A DNA stretch of 18,664 nucleotides, taken from the UHGV virus genome UHGV-0257810. One strand, given 5' to 3'. Positions 18,497 to 18,664 of this stretch are shown one piece after another. Origin of the DNA: a virus. The first letter of the stretch is position 1; each line of letters starts with the position of its first letter. The notes beneath the pieces were generated by a model, which was given only the letters and a program-made list of their open reading frames with translations, ran no database searches and was not told the origin of the DNA. A program made the translations under genes and the position numbers.

Positions 18497-18530
18497 AGTA
18501 TACCCGCTAATGGACTGCGGGGTAAGTACG
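18497..18530 (-). promoter_or_regulatory. Candidate promoter of the tRNA-Arg gene
   Basis: On the minus strand, TATACT (plus coordinates 18497-18502) lies about 11 nt upstream of the tRNA 5' end, followed by a GC-rich discriminator (CATGCCGC). The -35 is poor (TTACCC). Confidence 0.3.
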
Positions 18531-18664
18531 CTGCCGCTCGATTGCTTAAACCCTCGCCATTTATGCCGGGTTTTTATCATTTTTCTTAATGTTTTCCGCA
18601 CGTTCTGCTTTTTGGCGTGCTTCTGCTTTGCGCTTGTTGCTCATGTCGTTACGGATCTGTGCAT

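Noticed and set aside
1-18664. CRISPR arrays, IS elements or transposases, rRNA, toxin-antitoxin pairs
   Set aside because: No regularly spaced direct repeats, no transposase-like ORFs or terminal inverted repeats, and no rRNA-like sequence. The only repeats are short intragenic ones (EP microsatellite, gp16 linker duplication, gp20 internal repeat).

Overview
The window is the late (virion morphogenesis) arm and one end of a P22-like (Sf6-type) prophage, integrated at a tRNA-Arg(CCU) gene that I read as argW. A single plus-strand, tightly coupled operon runs terS 3' end (partial), terL, portal, scaffold, coat, a small EP-repeat ORF, then gp4, gp10, the tail needle gp26, gp14, and ejection proteins gp7, gp20 and gp16. 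A lower-GC accessory island follows on the minus strand with a lipoprotein and an Mnt-like ribbon-helix-helix repressor. After that come a mosaic tailspike, a convergent P4-type tyrosine integrase, the tRNA, and about 180 bp of host DNA. All homology calls are from reading the translated ORFs and recalling P22-family proteins; no database search was run. The most notable points are a tailspike whose receptor-binding part carries sialidase-type Asp-box motifs instead of the usual P22-family beta-helix, an N-terminal lytic transglycosylase domain fused to the gp16 homolog, and a lipoprotein plus orphan Mnt module with no Arc or Ant. No CRISPR array, IS element or rRNA is present.
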